Assembly: GCA_000934665.2 (NCBI GenBank)
Contig: JYFJ02002026.1
Span: forward strand, 1 to 64,000
Origin: Catajapyx aquilonaris
Lineage: Eukaryota
Direction of reading: 5' to 3'
Length of the DNA: 64,000 nucleotides
Shown: positions 26,601 to 40,000 of the stretch, one piece after another
Layout: every line of letters begins with the position of its first letter
Numbering within the stretch: position 1 is the stretch's first letter
Notes under the pieces: model-generated
The model's database searches: none
Told to the model about the DNA's origin: nothing
Seen by the model: the letters and a program-made list of their open reading frames with translations, nothing else
Position numbers and translations under genes: made by a program

Positions 26601-29600
26601 AGCCCCTCTTTGTGAGAAGTGGAGTAAGTCAATCACTGGAAGAAGCAGAGTATTGAACCTCGTGTCGCTTAATCAAGTTACTAATCCGGGATTAGTGGAG
26701 CGAGCAGGCATCTTCTTTTCAAAAGGAGCTTTCCGAGGGGGGGACTGGAGAGTATACCCCGCGTCGTCTTCTTTGGAAAACCAGGAGGAGATGGGGGACA
26801 AAAAAAAAGATGTTTATTCATCTCTTCCTCGACGTCTCCGCTTTTTCTTAGACCGCGGAGAGAGAGATAGAGCAAAGACTGCTGGAAAAGGAAGGAAAAG
26901 AGATGGCGGGGGGAATCCCAAAAAATCGGAGGTGACTACTCCGAGAGACTGCAAAGAAAAACGATGTGAAGTCTGCTGCTGGAAGAGGAGGAAAAAAGTT
27001 GGCAGGAAGATAAAGGAGGAAGGGAGGGGCTGGAGAGATCCAGGTTCCAGGCCTGTCTTTTAAAGGGCCTGGAAAAACCCAACAATGGGAAGGGGGGGGG
27101 GGGACCAAGGCTGGACTGATGATCAATAATGGTCTTGCGAAACATGACGGATAACACGATGCGGTTCTTGTTCCTGGTGAGAAAATTAATGGCTGGATAA
27201 AATTGTTGACATTGTTGCGACGATGTGGGAATTATTATTTTTTATATATTTTTTTATTGGGGAACCGCACTATTTTCATAAGAAAGTGCATTGTTGGCTT
27301 CTCCCAAATTATCTTGATGAAACCCACCTGAACTCCTAGCAGTGCAATAAATTTGGCAACACATCCACCCTGTAAAGGGTAGAATCTTTGATGGGTTTGA
27401 CGGGTTTCTGGGAAGCGTGAAACAATGCGCGATGCTAATTGCCCCCCGATAAAGGTCATTGTGCCGCGTTTCTCTCGGAGCTAATGGGGGAAACTTCTTC
27501 TTCATTAGTCTCCCGATGCAGTTTCCGCTGTCTTTATGTGCACGCCCGATTAAACCGAGCCGAGTCTCATTAGCTGGTAGGGAGATGTCGCGGTTCGACA
27601 CTCGCGACGCTTCATCCACGGAAACCCTCTTCTCTTATATATAATTTTTTTTTGCCTTCGAGCTGCACCGTCGCATCGTCGTTGGCGTCAAAAGGTCAGG
27701 CAATGAAGGATGCTGAGACGGCACACAAAATTAAATTCGGAATCGCAATTAGATTAAGTCCCCGAATGAATTTTAGCTCCGTTTCCGCTCAACAACTCAT
27801 CGTCGACGGAACTGTTAAGAAGCTTGTCCTGCCTTTTGAACCCGATTGGCAATTATCGTCGGTGATAATAAGGCTCCGACGTTTTCAGCACATTGCAGTC
27901 AATCGAGAATGGAAATTGCAAAATTATAATTAAATTGTGTAATCAGTGTTTCAAAAGTTATAATAATTTAATGTTGTGGACATTGTCTGCAGTTAGCATG
28001 CTTCTGCAGCCTTTTAATTTGCGAAAATACTCCCCTTTGGGATAGTTAGGAAGTGTCCTTTACCCAACCTAAAGGGCTCGAGAGGCAAAGGAGCCATGAT
28101 GATTCTGGTTGTCGTCGTCAGTGTTGTTTGAGGATTCCGGGGTGTGCGTGGAGCGGAAAGAGCAGATTCAAATGAGGATTGTATCCATGGCCTGTTGGTA
28201 ATCAGCATGCGCAAGAGGGGGGCCCCAGAGAAAGTCCCCCTCCTCTCCAACTGGTCCCCAACCCCCCCTACACCCAACCCTCTGGATCGAAAAAGGGTTG
28301 TGCGCGAGCAGGGTTTCAATTCGGACACGCCGCCGGCATGCTAATGTCCCGCTCTCGGGGAATCGGGACAGACACACGGACAGGCAGAGGAGACAGTGTG
28401 ATTGGCACTTGTGTATTAAACTGCTCCGGGTTTCTTTTTTTCCCTCCGCCACTAGAGGAATCATTCTCGAGAAAAGAGTAGGAGAATTTTTTTCTTCCTC
28501 CTCATGGAAATTCAATCTTTTGATCACCGACAAATTTTTAATATAAAAAGTCAGTGGGATTGTCATCAAATTCGATATGTGTGCAAGTTAATTGGAGGAC
28601 ATGTGACATAACCCAGCCGAAATTTGCATTATATGCAACCATCAATGTGCTGTACAATACCAGGGGTCGCAATATGAGGATGGAAAGGATTCCACAATTG
28701 TTATCTGCACTCCAAACTGATACTTGGAGATCAAAGTTTGCACTAGTTGGCCCTGCTTTTTAAATATGGATAAATTCAGCCAAATGAAAGTTAGCAAACT
28801 GGACAATTAGTATTGTAAGATTCGACCCTTGATAATACGTATTAGGCATCGTCGGTGCAAATACTTGCGTCACGGGATGTCAATTACCACTGCAATGAAT
28901 ATGCAAAGTTTATTCTCGCGGGTACATTTTTCAACACTATCAATGTCGAAACAGTGATATTCGGCCTGTTCGCACAAACCGGCTCTCGGGAGGGATAAAA
29001 AATTTGACGTGCAATTCAAAACCCGCAGAGTAACATAATCAGCCTGCAAACCGATTGAAACGCGATCCACTAACCACTTTGCACCTTTTTGCAACATTTG
29101 ACCGCTCCAAATTTTTTTTTTTTTGGGTTGTTGTAACAAATGCCCCAATAACTTTTGTTTCTCGACACTCAAGTCGTGTAAGAGCACTTTGGGAGCAAAT
29201 CACCTCATCATCTGTTTGGACCGTAAACGTTGAAAGGATCCGGATACTTTTGAACTCTCTCTTTTTTTTAAAACCTCTCAGAGATCGATTGTATGGCGGG
29301 TAACAAAACGTGTAGATGAAACGAGTTGTTCTGACCGCACCCTCTCTATTTTGCAGCTTTGAAAAAAAAAAAAAGTAGCAAAACCCTAGCTCAATTGGCA
29401 CTTGGCTGTGGGTGGGAGGGTTGGGACCAGATCGAACCCTATCCCACCCACAGACGGCATGCCAACCACTTTCCCAATTGGCACTCTTGGAGGGAAATCC
29501 AATTAATGGGCACCATCCGGAACCGCTGCGTCCAATCGCTCTTTGCGCTCTTTTTCTCCCCAAACCCGCAGCAATCACAATAGGAGCCTTATTACTCGGG

Positions 29601-30058
29601 CTGCCCTTGGGTGCCGTTCACGTCCCTGCTCCTATGCCAACCCGATATTGTACCAAAAACCTCCCCCACTTTTCTATATGGGACCGCCTCTTTTTTTTTG
29701 GAGGAGAAAAAAAAAAAACCAGAGAGAGGCGGGCCTGGGGGTCAAATAGATATTTGCTCCCCAAAAAACTCGGCGCTTGCACCTCTCGCACAGGTGAATG
29801 GCCTTTTCGATCAGACGCAGTAATAATGGTATTGAGGGGCTGCTTCAAATGTAACATCTGCTCTCACATTGACGAGACATAAATCAATGCCAACTTATTT
29901 ATGTTGAAGACCGAAGTTGAGAAAGGTATAATCTCAGATTATATTATACAGAACAATATCAGTTTTCGGACTTTTCCCTGAATTAGAGGCACGTAAGCCT
30001 TCGGTTCAGTAGTCTGAAAGTGGGTTAGGTAGCCCGGACATACTTTCTGTTTTATATA

Positions 30059-30265
30059 CAGGGTGGTCCAAGTTCAAGTGTCGTTTTATAACGGCGATTA
30101 ATAGAAGCGCTTAACGATGACGTAGCAGCGACGTGTAAAATTGCCCACTTCGATTGCGCCGAAGATGCGCCGAAGTGGGACATTTTACGCGTCGCTGCTA
30201 CGTCATCGCAAAATCACTGCTATTAATCGCCGTTATAAAACGACACTTGAACTTGGACCACCCTG
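30059..30265. mobile_element. Tc1/mariner-type MITE, almost fully palindromic (207 bp)
   Basis: Perfect 46-bp TIR (CAGGGTGGTCCAAGTTCAAGTGTCGTTTTATAACGGCGATTAATAG), further near-perfect inner pairing up to a ~18-nt centre, TA on both sides. Confidence 0.9.
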
Positions 30266-32335
30266 TATAGAGATGTGCAGAGCAGACCAGACAAGTAAAC
30301 CACAATACGAATAAAATACCAGGCAATGTTGGCCACCAGTATGATGTTCTCATTATGGTCGATAAGCCGAGAGAAACTACAAGATAAGGCAAAAGTCAAA
30401 CATCTCCTTAACACTTAATGGTATGCAAATAGGCTGAGTATACGAAGGGGAAATGTCCAGGGTTATTTAAACGAGTATTATTTTACAATTTATTCGTTCT
30501 TAGCCGACGGGGGAATTGTGGGTCGGGGAAAATGGAATGAATACAGAACGTGAAATTGTATCGCTTTGGGTGAAACATTTTCAGAATTTTGGTGAGGGGA
30601 AAAAAATATGTGTAAGGACCTGAGGAAGGAGGCGGGAAATTTATCGATGCGGTACTTATTTTACTGCAAGCTCAACTCGGGCATGAAGATAATAATGAGG
30701 CCTGGAAAATAGGAAATAGGGGGAGGGTTGGAAATATAGTCAAGGTGTATCCGGTCACTGGAAAATGAAGAATTTAATGTGCGCAATTTTCGTGTATATG
30801 GTTTTGATGAAAAGAGTTGGACGAGCCCTTTGACCAACTGCATGCTTATACGATTCTTTTTGAATACGCACGCACTTAGATTTAAAAAAAAACTTGCTTT
30901 AATTATTTGCACGGCATGAGGGTTGTTTCGGCGACTCATTCAGACCGGTTAGTTGCACATTTTCATCTAATAATGACCAGTTTCGTAATTACTGTACAGA
31001 ATTGGAAAAAAAGTTTGTCGAGCATGTTATGATTATAATTTTGAGATATCTTCTTGGGACGATCGCTAGCAGAAGTTTTTTTTTTTTTTGGAGCCCACAT
31101 CTCATCTCTTTCCTTCCCCCTTCTTAGACGCGCGATATGATTTATTTACGTGAAGTCCTGAGCGAAAAATGTGTTTCTGAATCGCTCCCAGGACTCCTTG
31201 TTTATTCATGTTTTGTACACACTCGCCAAGCGAATGTGTTACAATGCGTTGGAGTTCTGAGCAAGAAGAAACCCGTCAATATATGCATTGATTTTTAAAT
31301 AAAACATGTGACCGGTGACACGTGTATACACTAGTGCTACGTTTGTATAGAAACAATATGGGCTGCTCGAAACATCTAAAGGCAAACTATAGTCCATCAA
31401 CATCAAAACCATCTGTTTGATTGAAAAGAGCATCACACTTTTCAAGGCTGCAAATGAGTACCACCGCACGTTGAAGGACAATCGTCCTTTTTTTTTGGAA
31501 CCATTCCATGCCTGTATCTCCAGAGATTTAATTAGTGAGAGCTCTCGATAGGAGATTAGAGGGGACGAGGCGTGGATGCAAAGCAGGCGGGCAATATTTG
31601 CTCATGCACAAGTGTGCGATGACTGCAGAGTCCGTTCAGTGCAAATGGCATGCCAAACACAAGTCAGGAAGAGAAAAAGAACGGCGGCTAATTAACGGGC
31701 AGCCAAAGTGAAACTGTCCAAGTGGGATTGCAACTCTCTGAAACTAACCGCTTTTTGAAAGGTCATTATGCCGAGTACACTGCTGTGAGGAAAAAAAAAA
31801 CATGTTTTTTTTGCAGGCGAAGTGAGCTTATATAGGGAACGCGTCACATACGCAGGATTTTGCAGACTCTTTGTCATCCGACCGGATTCTATGTGAAAAC
31901 TCTGCCTTTTTTTTGAGGGTGAAAAGGGCTGGATTTTTCTGACCGCGAGAGAAAACGATACGATTGTGTTAAAAGCGTCACAAGTCGGATGCCAGCCCTT
32001 CTCTTTGACTGGTGTAACACAGCGTGCAAAAAGCAGAGAGTTGCAAAACAGCGGCCCCCCGAAAATGTCTGAGATGCGTTTGGGTTTCGGGCCGGATAAA
32101 ATTTTTGGAATTTGCGAAATTTTGCGAGCGAGTTAGAAATTCTCAGCACGTGCCCTGTATGCAGAGGATGATGAAAAGTTTGATCCGTTATTGAAATGTG
32201 TTTTTCATAAAGCGTTCATCACAGGCCATACTTTCGCAAAATTTTGCGCAAATTTTTTTGCTGCTCTGTACTCTGTACAAGGGAGATATTAGAAGGGAGG
32301 CGCCCAATTAACAAAATGGGCAGTCAGTACCCACA

Positions 32336-32356
32336 ACCTCTTTTTTTTAGGTAAGA
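32336..32356 (+). other. Recursive splice site (ratchet point)-like motif
   Basis: CCTCTTTTTTTTAG|GTAAGA: pyrimidine tract and AG immediately followed by a consensus donor, inside the 31.6 kb intron. Confidence 0.35.
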
Positions 32357-33418
32357 TCCTCCTAGAGAGCTGTAATTGTTAACAACTCAATTATCACCTG
32401 AACCTGTACAATCGCAAATTTCCACAAAACGCAAACATTCCACGCGAACCTTGGCGAAACCCCCCATCATTATTTATGCCTAGCGAGAGAGGCCCGGAGT
32501 TTTCCTTTCATTTTCACTCTTGTCTTAAAATGGCGATACGAGCGAGGAAAATTGAGTCGCTTGGCAAATCCCAGGTGAATCGACGCCCCCCCAAACCCAG
32601 AAAATCCAAGCCAAACAAGAGGAGATCCGAGTTTGAATGGCGTCGCCAAGCAACATTGCGGGAAGGGATATAGAAAGGCGGCTTTTTACATGCAGCTAAG
32701 CCCACGAGACGCTCGCATTTTGGGAGGCTTCTACACACACACAGACAAAAACACACACACCAAAAATATATAACCTAGAAGCCTGGAGAAAGTCAATTGA
32801 ACCTAGGGGCCAAGGAGATGAAAAGTATGAAGTTTGCGGGGAAATGAAATGGGAGGTGATTTTCTTGGAAGTCTGCGGTTCAATATTCGGAGGCATATCC
32901 AGCAAAGGTTTTTCTTTGGGCTTTTTTTCCTCCAAGTGGGGGGAGATGAGAGAGCGGCCAGAGAAGTTTTGGGGAAAATTATTTACGGAGCATTGTCGGC
33001 TGAAGTTGCGGCAAATGCCAATATTTTTTTAACCAAAAGCTGGACATGGCCTTTTCTCGCTTTTAATCAATTCGTGTGTGTGTTTTTTTTCCCAACGATG
33101 TGTAATCAGTCGTTTCGTTCCGAATGATTTATACCTGCGGAGCTGCTGACGTTTGTGCGTAATGAAATGTGGATCGTAAGTGCGTTTAGTCGCTCTAATT
33201 CCGCGGGTTTTCAAATCTTTTGAGAGGCAATCAAGTGTGCGGATGGAGCCCGGTTTTATTGGCCAGGCGTTGGTTTTTTGGGAGCCATTAAAAGACACGG
33301 GGTGGGAAGGCTTTTAAAACCCCCAGAAAACTGCACGATTTTTTTTTTTTGCACTGTGTCGAAATATGAAAAATGAAATTTCTGAGCCCCCATTTTTTCC
33401 GGTGGTGTTGTGTTTCAG

Positions 33419-33585
33419 GTGTGGCCTCCAGGGGAAAGAGGCCGTCTCTGGGCGGAGAGTCGTCCGAGTCGTCTCCATCGGACAGGAGAGCTCAAACAGA
33501 GTCACCCACACCTTTTAGGAGCATCTCACCTTCGCAGCTGAGCACAGGCAGCCTTTTGGCCAGCTTGGACAAGTCCATTCTCCAG
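33419..33585 (+). CDS. Dys: Dystrophin-like exon, Ser/Pro-rich linker: (G)VASRGKRPSLGGESSESSPSDRRAQTESPTPFRSISPSQLSTGSLLASLDKSILQ
   Basis: tgtttcag|GT acceptor in phase 1, completing the G left by exon 1737-1860; CAG|gtgagt donor in phase 0. DKSILQ leads directly into IRDWL of the next exon. Confidence 0.88.
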
Positions 33586-34193
33586 GTGAGTCTCCCGTTT
33601 CAAAAGGGGGAAAATATACGCGATCCATTTTTTTCTGATTAAAATGATAGTAAGGGCTGGACATCATTGTTTGAAGCACCCTGTGTAATGCTCTGTACAT
33701 TGATGGGCCCGCAGGGGTCATTCATAATTTATGCGACTCTATTTTCTGGCCTCAATTCTGCCTCCCGCCATTCTAGCATGTACTGTATACTCCGAAAATT
33801 ACACAATGGAACAGGCAGTTTGCACTGCACGTATCACATTGCGGAAAAAAAGTTCTACTCGTAATTTTATTTTTTCATTGCCCATGAAATGATTGCTTGT
33901 AGCTCTTTGTTACTGCAATACAGGTGGCTTCTAACGACCTTTCCGCAGTTTAAGTGGACAATTTTCTGAACATCTGATGGCTCACCACATAACTTTTTTT
34001 CATTGTGATTATTGCACTAGTTGCTCCTGGACAACCCGCAACCCAAGAGCCACAATTGTCTCACGGGAAGTCGCCTTTTCAGGCGGAGAATTTTTACGAG
34101 CCCTCAAAATGTCCCATTTGATTTTCGCCGTTTTATTGGGTTATTCGCGGGCAAGCCCCCTTTCTAAATGCCCCCCCTTCCTCTTGTTTGCAG

Positions 34194-34292
34194 ATCCGTG
34201 ACTGGCTGACTCTGCTGGAGCAAATGTTGAAGCAGCAGGTGGTGGTAGTTGGGGACGTGGACGAGATTAGACAGGTCTTGGACAAGCAAAAG
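34194..34292 (+). CDS. Dys: Dystrophin-like exon: IRDWLTLLEQMLKQQVVVVGDVDEIRQVLDKQK
   Basis: Long pyrimidine tract and ttgcag|ATC acceptor, AAG|gtaagg donor; 99 nt, phase 0-0; spectrin helix A/B signature. Confidence 0.93.
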
Positions 34293-36360
34293 GTAAGGGA
34301 AAAAAATATTTGCAATTTTTTTTTCGCGAAAACCTGAATGCACTCCCTGGTTTTACCCTTAGGGAAATGACCTTAGTTGCCTCAGCTCCCGGTGTTAGTA
34401 AACATGACCGCTGTCTGAATAAAAGTGTATACCATGTGATTACAGACAGGTGGTGGAAAGTACCCACTGATGTAATTTATTTCCGAGCGACATGTAATCG
34501 CGCCATTAATCAGCCTGTAAGGGTGGGTTGGCTGAATAGAAAAAAAAAGGCGGCGGGGGTGCTTTTCTACACCCGTATTTTCTCGCTTGGTGAGACCTTC
34601 GTGACGTTACGATGGTATAGAGAGAGAAAAGAGAGAAAATATCAGGGGCTGGCGACGTCATTATCGTCCGATTGAATAATTTCGCACCTCGACCACCATA
34701 ACTCGAGCTTATCCCCGGATTACCACACTGAAGGGGTGATTAACCTTTTCAGAGCCTCCCACCAGCAAGTTCTGCTATCTACGGTACATTAACGGCCTAA
34801 CTGTTGGGCGAATTGGCAGAGGGAGGATTGAAAAAAGCCTATTTCGAAAAAAAAAAGGTGGTTGGACCGTAAATGATTGGACTGACCTCCGCATTTTTTT
34901 TGTGTGCGAAAATTTCGCAGGAATTCTGCCTGATTTTTTTCGTTGGTGTGGTTTGTTTGACCGTGTTGGGTCATTTTCGGCGCGACTGAACAATCACAAG
35001 TTCTGATTTTGGTCTGATTATTTACTGTACAGGGTGGTGCACATGTTCAGCAACCAGTTGAAGCAATAACACAAAGTGTTGCTTCTTCTTTAAGATGGTT
35101 GCTGGAATGAGCTTAATCCGTATGGAGCTTCAATACAATCGTAATTAAATTACTTAGAAAAACTTTCAAAGCTTGGAATAAAAAAAGCTGTTGCGTGGAT
35201 TCGCCTTAAATATTTATAATTGAGGCTTATTGGCAAAAATTGATCTGTTTTTTTTTCTTCCTTTTCTCATAACCTGCAGGAAATTAGATTGATCGAAAGC
35301 CGCGGCGAATTCTTTCCCAAAAATTTAGTGCGGCTTGAATTAGGATAAAGACGTTGATTCCCTCGGGTTTATCTCTGGAGATCTGGATGTTTTCTCTCTC
35401 CATTACCTCGCAAGCATCGCAAATGGAGATAAATACTTTTGCATTTCACTTCGCGAATTTATCAAATAAAACCCGTCTCAGGGACGCAAGAAGTTGCGAA
35501 GTGTGCTGAAAAATTGTTCGACATATTAAGTATGTTGTATCATTATTTTTTGAGCGTCATCAATTTAGGAACCATGACTCAGGGCAAAATTTAGAGAGGT
35601 TATGTAGCCATTTAAAATTGTGGAGTTTAAGTGACGTAGAACAGTTTAATATGGCGCGTGGAAGTTGGATAACCGCACTTAATTTATCTCTAAATATATA
35701 ATTAAATATTCCAGGCCGCACATTCCATCTGCCTATTGCGGTTGACCGACCAATTAATCCGGCTATCCGTTACGTGCAAAAATGTTTAAATTAATAATTT
35801 TAGTCATATACCTAGCGCATGAAAATCTGAATGACCTGTGTTCAAGGACTAGCAATTAATTATTCTGAACATTAGGTGCTATTAATTATTCCTGGCTGAC
35901 ATTAAAATGTGATGATTATATTATCAATCTGGGTTGGTAACACTTGTATTTTTTTTTGTGGGCCGGTTCCGGAACGGTCCTGCTGTGTAAACGAATCAGG
36001 AGCTTCTGAACACACCTTTAAATTTTTAGCTCGTACAGGAAAAGGCCTGCATGACCTGTATTCCAATTAGCTTTGTTATCAATTTCAGCAGGGCTACCTG
36101 TTTACGGTGGCAAAATCCGGACGCATGTGTTTGTCATGTACAAGCCCGGAGGCTGCAGCAGAGGGCCTCGTTAACAATAAATCAAAAGGATTTACCCCTG
36201 CGAGTTTCCCCGAACCTGATTACTTTCACGTTGCAGTAAACATGAAGCCAAACGCCGATTATTGTGTGCAACGAACCGGAATATGATGGATAAAAAAAAG
36301 AGTACATTGATTACTCAACGGTACTGCTCATGTGCCGTCATCAGCTGAGCTTCTTTTGTA

Positions 36361-36512
36361 CAGGGTGTCACACTGTCAGTAGAAGCTTGTGTATACAGAG
36401 AATAAGTTTAAAGAAAAGCTTGTAGCTATTATTTTGTAACTTAAAATTTTCTGTTTAAATTATTGGAAAATTGATCATGAAATCAGTGTTGATTTCTGGT
36501 TGGCGCACCCTG
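36361..36512. mobile_element. Possible old CAGGGTG-terminal MITE
   Basis: TA-CAGGGTG at 36359-36367 and CACCCTG ending at 36512; pairing beyond 7 bp is weak. Confidence 0.3.
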
Positions 36513-36930
36513 TGCAGCTCCGCCTCCCCAGCAGTGCAAACAAATTAGAAAACGAGCTGAAGGAAGCGTTGACCCGGATTTTGAGGGTGTAGGAAACCGT
36601 AAGGAAAAAAAAAGAACTGGGGATCTTCGATTGGAGGAGAAGCCAGCAGCCATGCTGGGCCCCCCCGGATTAAATTTTTAATGCCCGGGAGTGCATTCTG
36701 GCGACGGAAGCAGAAGCTGCCAAAAACACTACGCATCGACAACCTGTGTTTGTTCTCGTTACATATTTTTTTTAAAACATACATTTGATGCTTTGGTGAG
36801 TTTGTTCGCTGTTTTTATTTTGGCAGTGTTTGTTGTGTGGATCCGCTCTCCTTCCTTTTAATTTTGCTCGTGTCCCGCATCTTTTTTATTAGTTTATTTT
36901 TTTCTGTTTCATTTGCATGATGTTGGGCAG

Positions 36931-37056
36931 CTTTCCGCCATGCAGCGCCTTAACCCCAGCCCCATCTACCAGTACAGCTTAGAACTAAACCTAGGCGACG
37001 TAGAGGAGTGCATGAGGATTGTTCGGACTATGACCCAGGACCTGCTTCGACTGCAG
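36931..37056 (+). CDS. Candidate alternative exon (cassette, mutually exclusive or internal start): LSAMQRLNPSPIYQYSLELNLGDVEECMRIVRTMTQDLLRLQ
   Basis: gggcag| acceptor after a T-rich tract, CAG|gtgtgt donor; 126 nt, phase 0-0, stop-free; ccgccATG at 36940; GDVEE motif echoes GDVDE in exon 34194-34292. Confidence 0.5.
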
Positions 37057-40000
37057 GTGTGTAGATTTGTGGAAGGGGAGGGGGGATGGGATTAAGTTGG
37101 ATCTCTCTGCACTCTCCAGAGTTTTGTGACCCCTTTTTTGTTTTGTTCTGGGTGCTGGTTTTCACGACCGAGAGAAATTCAAAAGCGATTTTACGAATGG
37201 GTAAACAGGAATTCAGAAAAAAAAGTTGTGTAATTTTACACGCTCCGTTTAAATCCGGTGACGTAAGAATGCCCTGGTTTCACCGAGCAGATAATATGAT
37301 ATAAAAATCGGAGTCTCTTTTCGGAAAATCCGTACTTGTGATTGTTGTCAATGATGTGGTAATTCTTGTTATAACCAGGGTTAACCCGACCTATATGTTA
37401 TCATATTTAAATTGGGCCCGCAAAGTTGATCGTACAAAAATTTTGCGGTGCAATCAGCCCTATTTGCGAGTTGAATTTTTTTGTGTGTTCAAACTCTGTC
37501 TCGGATAGAATCGGGTTTTTGTTGTGTTCGCCAGAGGCAGCACGAGACTGCGTCTTGTAACCGGTACTGTAACAACACCTGTAGTAACATACCGTGCGTA
37601 CAAAAAGGTCTTGCCCCTTTTGGCGAAACAATATTGCATGCTGGAGTGTCCCATGAATAACCAAGAGCGATTCGAAGTAAATTTCTGCCTAATTCAAACT
37701 CCATCCTCGTGTGCCACCCTGTATTATTCATTCCAACTGATGAACAATGCATATACCTTTGTTGCTACCTACGATGTAATCCCGCTACGTAAACGATTAG
37801 TGCTCAAACTATGTGCATCATAAATTTCATCTGTAAAAAGGCTCCCTATAGATATTTATGCTCTCCGCCTACATATTTTCCTCTCGACATTAACTCGCCC
37901 TCCCGAAATGCTCCTCTCCGGTACATCCTAAAAAGAGCCTTTGGTTCCTCTGAATGGATCCAGTCCATCACCCCAGGCTGGAATGGGGTACCTGCGTCAC
38001 GTACTTCCAGATGGAGTCTGTCTACCCTGCTCTCCAGCTCGTCAAGCACCATAAATATTTACGGAGAAAAAGGGGGCTCCGTTCTCTAAATATGTCGCGT
38101 GTTTCGACGTGAAAGTGGTCCCCGTGTGTTTTTTTTTGTGGAAAAAAAAGAATGATGTCACCTTGTCCACTTTTGGGCGTCGATTGGAACCGCAGAGACA
38201 ACACGGTTTTATTTTTAAGCCGCGTTTTATTATCGATTTGCCGAGAGCACATTGCGTTTTCTGTTGGTGGCGCCATCGACTTGGACCCAAGGCGTCGTGG
38301 GGGCGTCGTCACGTGAGGAGGCCAGACACGCGACGCATTCTAGCGGCGACGCCTGGAAACCGTCCACCGGTGATGGGATTAGGCGTCGTCGGGTGGTGCA
38401 GAGTTGGGGGAGGGTAGGTGGAGAGTAAAATGGAGGCTGCGCGAGTTGAAGCCGTCCAGAGGCTGATCTAGACTGGAACTGGTCGGTTGGGGGGACTCGA
38501 TCCTCTCACGTGTTGTGGCTGCTACTATTTATTTTGCCAGAAATATTTTGGCTGCTCGTGTGCCCGTGTTGTTTATCCAGTGCTGCTACGTGCTTTTGAT
38601 GAACATACACACTACTTTCTAAAATACCCTCCCCTCTCTCTAAAAAAAAGAGCAATACACACAATGTGGCAGCCCACGCAGACTCTGCGCAATAGATATA
38701 TCGTAAGGCCCGCCTATAAGCTTCTCTTTGTGCATGGGATTTTTTCTGCAAATTGCATGTGTTGTGTAGAGTAGAGAGCATGGCAACGCCGGTGGAATGT
38801 TTGAAAGGGAAAGGGGGGAATCCCCCCCCTTTTTTATTATATCTGGAGCTGGTTCAATGTCCCTCCCTTGTAGCTCTGTGAGTCATGGTCGATGTCATAA
38901 CGATTTGGAAGCCCTCGTAAGCAATGTCGATCGTGCCCTATCATGTGAGCCTCGCGGAAAAGTTACGGCGTTCATACGCACTGTCCTCGTGGATTACATA
39001 CATTTTTTTAAAAATTGAAAGGTTTGATCCTTCCGGTTGTTGCATGGATTGCCGAGTGATGACAATTTTTTTGAAACCAGTGCAATGTGTGTGTGTCGAT
39101 ACGAAGGGATCAGAAGCCAGTCAATCGTACACCCGGAGCAATTAGTCCTGGCTTTTATGCTGCAGAGGGATACTGTTAAAGGCGGGCTTAAGTTTTGCTC
39201 GGGAAGTAGTCTCCAGCAGTGTATAAGTACGGCACTTTGTCCTCGTTTTAAACTGCGAGGAATGTCTGGGGTGTTGGGCGAGATGATGAAGTTTTAGACT
39301 AGTCTGGGAGGCTTATTTCAACGTTTAATTGGAAGTCGTAAGGAAAGTTTAATGAAGAGGAGGCGGCAGCGGAAGGTGGTTGACATCGGCCCCCCTCCTG
39401 CAGCAGCATCCTCCTCTTTTCATTTTCACGGCTCCAGCACAGTCTGGACCGTAAATTCTGGCCCACACGTGTCCAGACTCGACCTGATATCGTGCACCAT
39501 TCCGCCCAAAATTTGAGTCTAGAGAACCCCCGGGTGCTGAGGCCAAGTTCATTTCCCTCCACGGAATTGTTCAGTGCATCTCGATATCCGACGGCAGCCA
39601 TTAGGACCGGCGGGAATGAACAGGAAAATAGGATTGCGGCTTTAATAACGGCGCTGTAAAGTTTGAGGCGGAGATGCCGTAGGCTTTTCTATTACTACCG
39701 GGGATAGGATTCTGTAATTGTAGACGGCTGTTTATTCGGGAGGAAAACGTCAGTCGGCGGAACATTATGCGCCGATTTTGTGTGTGCGAGTTCCGCGAGG
39801 CTTTTGCATTATTACCTGTTGTGTGGTCTTTGTGTGTCTGCCTGTTCATATTGGAGAATCAAAAAAACACTGACTGATTTTTTTTTGGGGGGTCCCTCCC
39901 GGAGCCGAATGTTGATGTGGTTTGAATATCGGACTAGGAGGGGTAATGTGTGTAATTGTGACCGCCGGGCAATTGTGACTATTCGGACGAATTTCCTTCA

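Noticed and set aside
35280..35348. Strong acceptor (pyrimidine tract plus ctgcag) in the 9.4 kb intron
   Set aside because: The frame closes after 22 codons with no donor.
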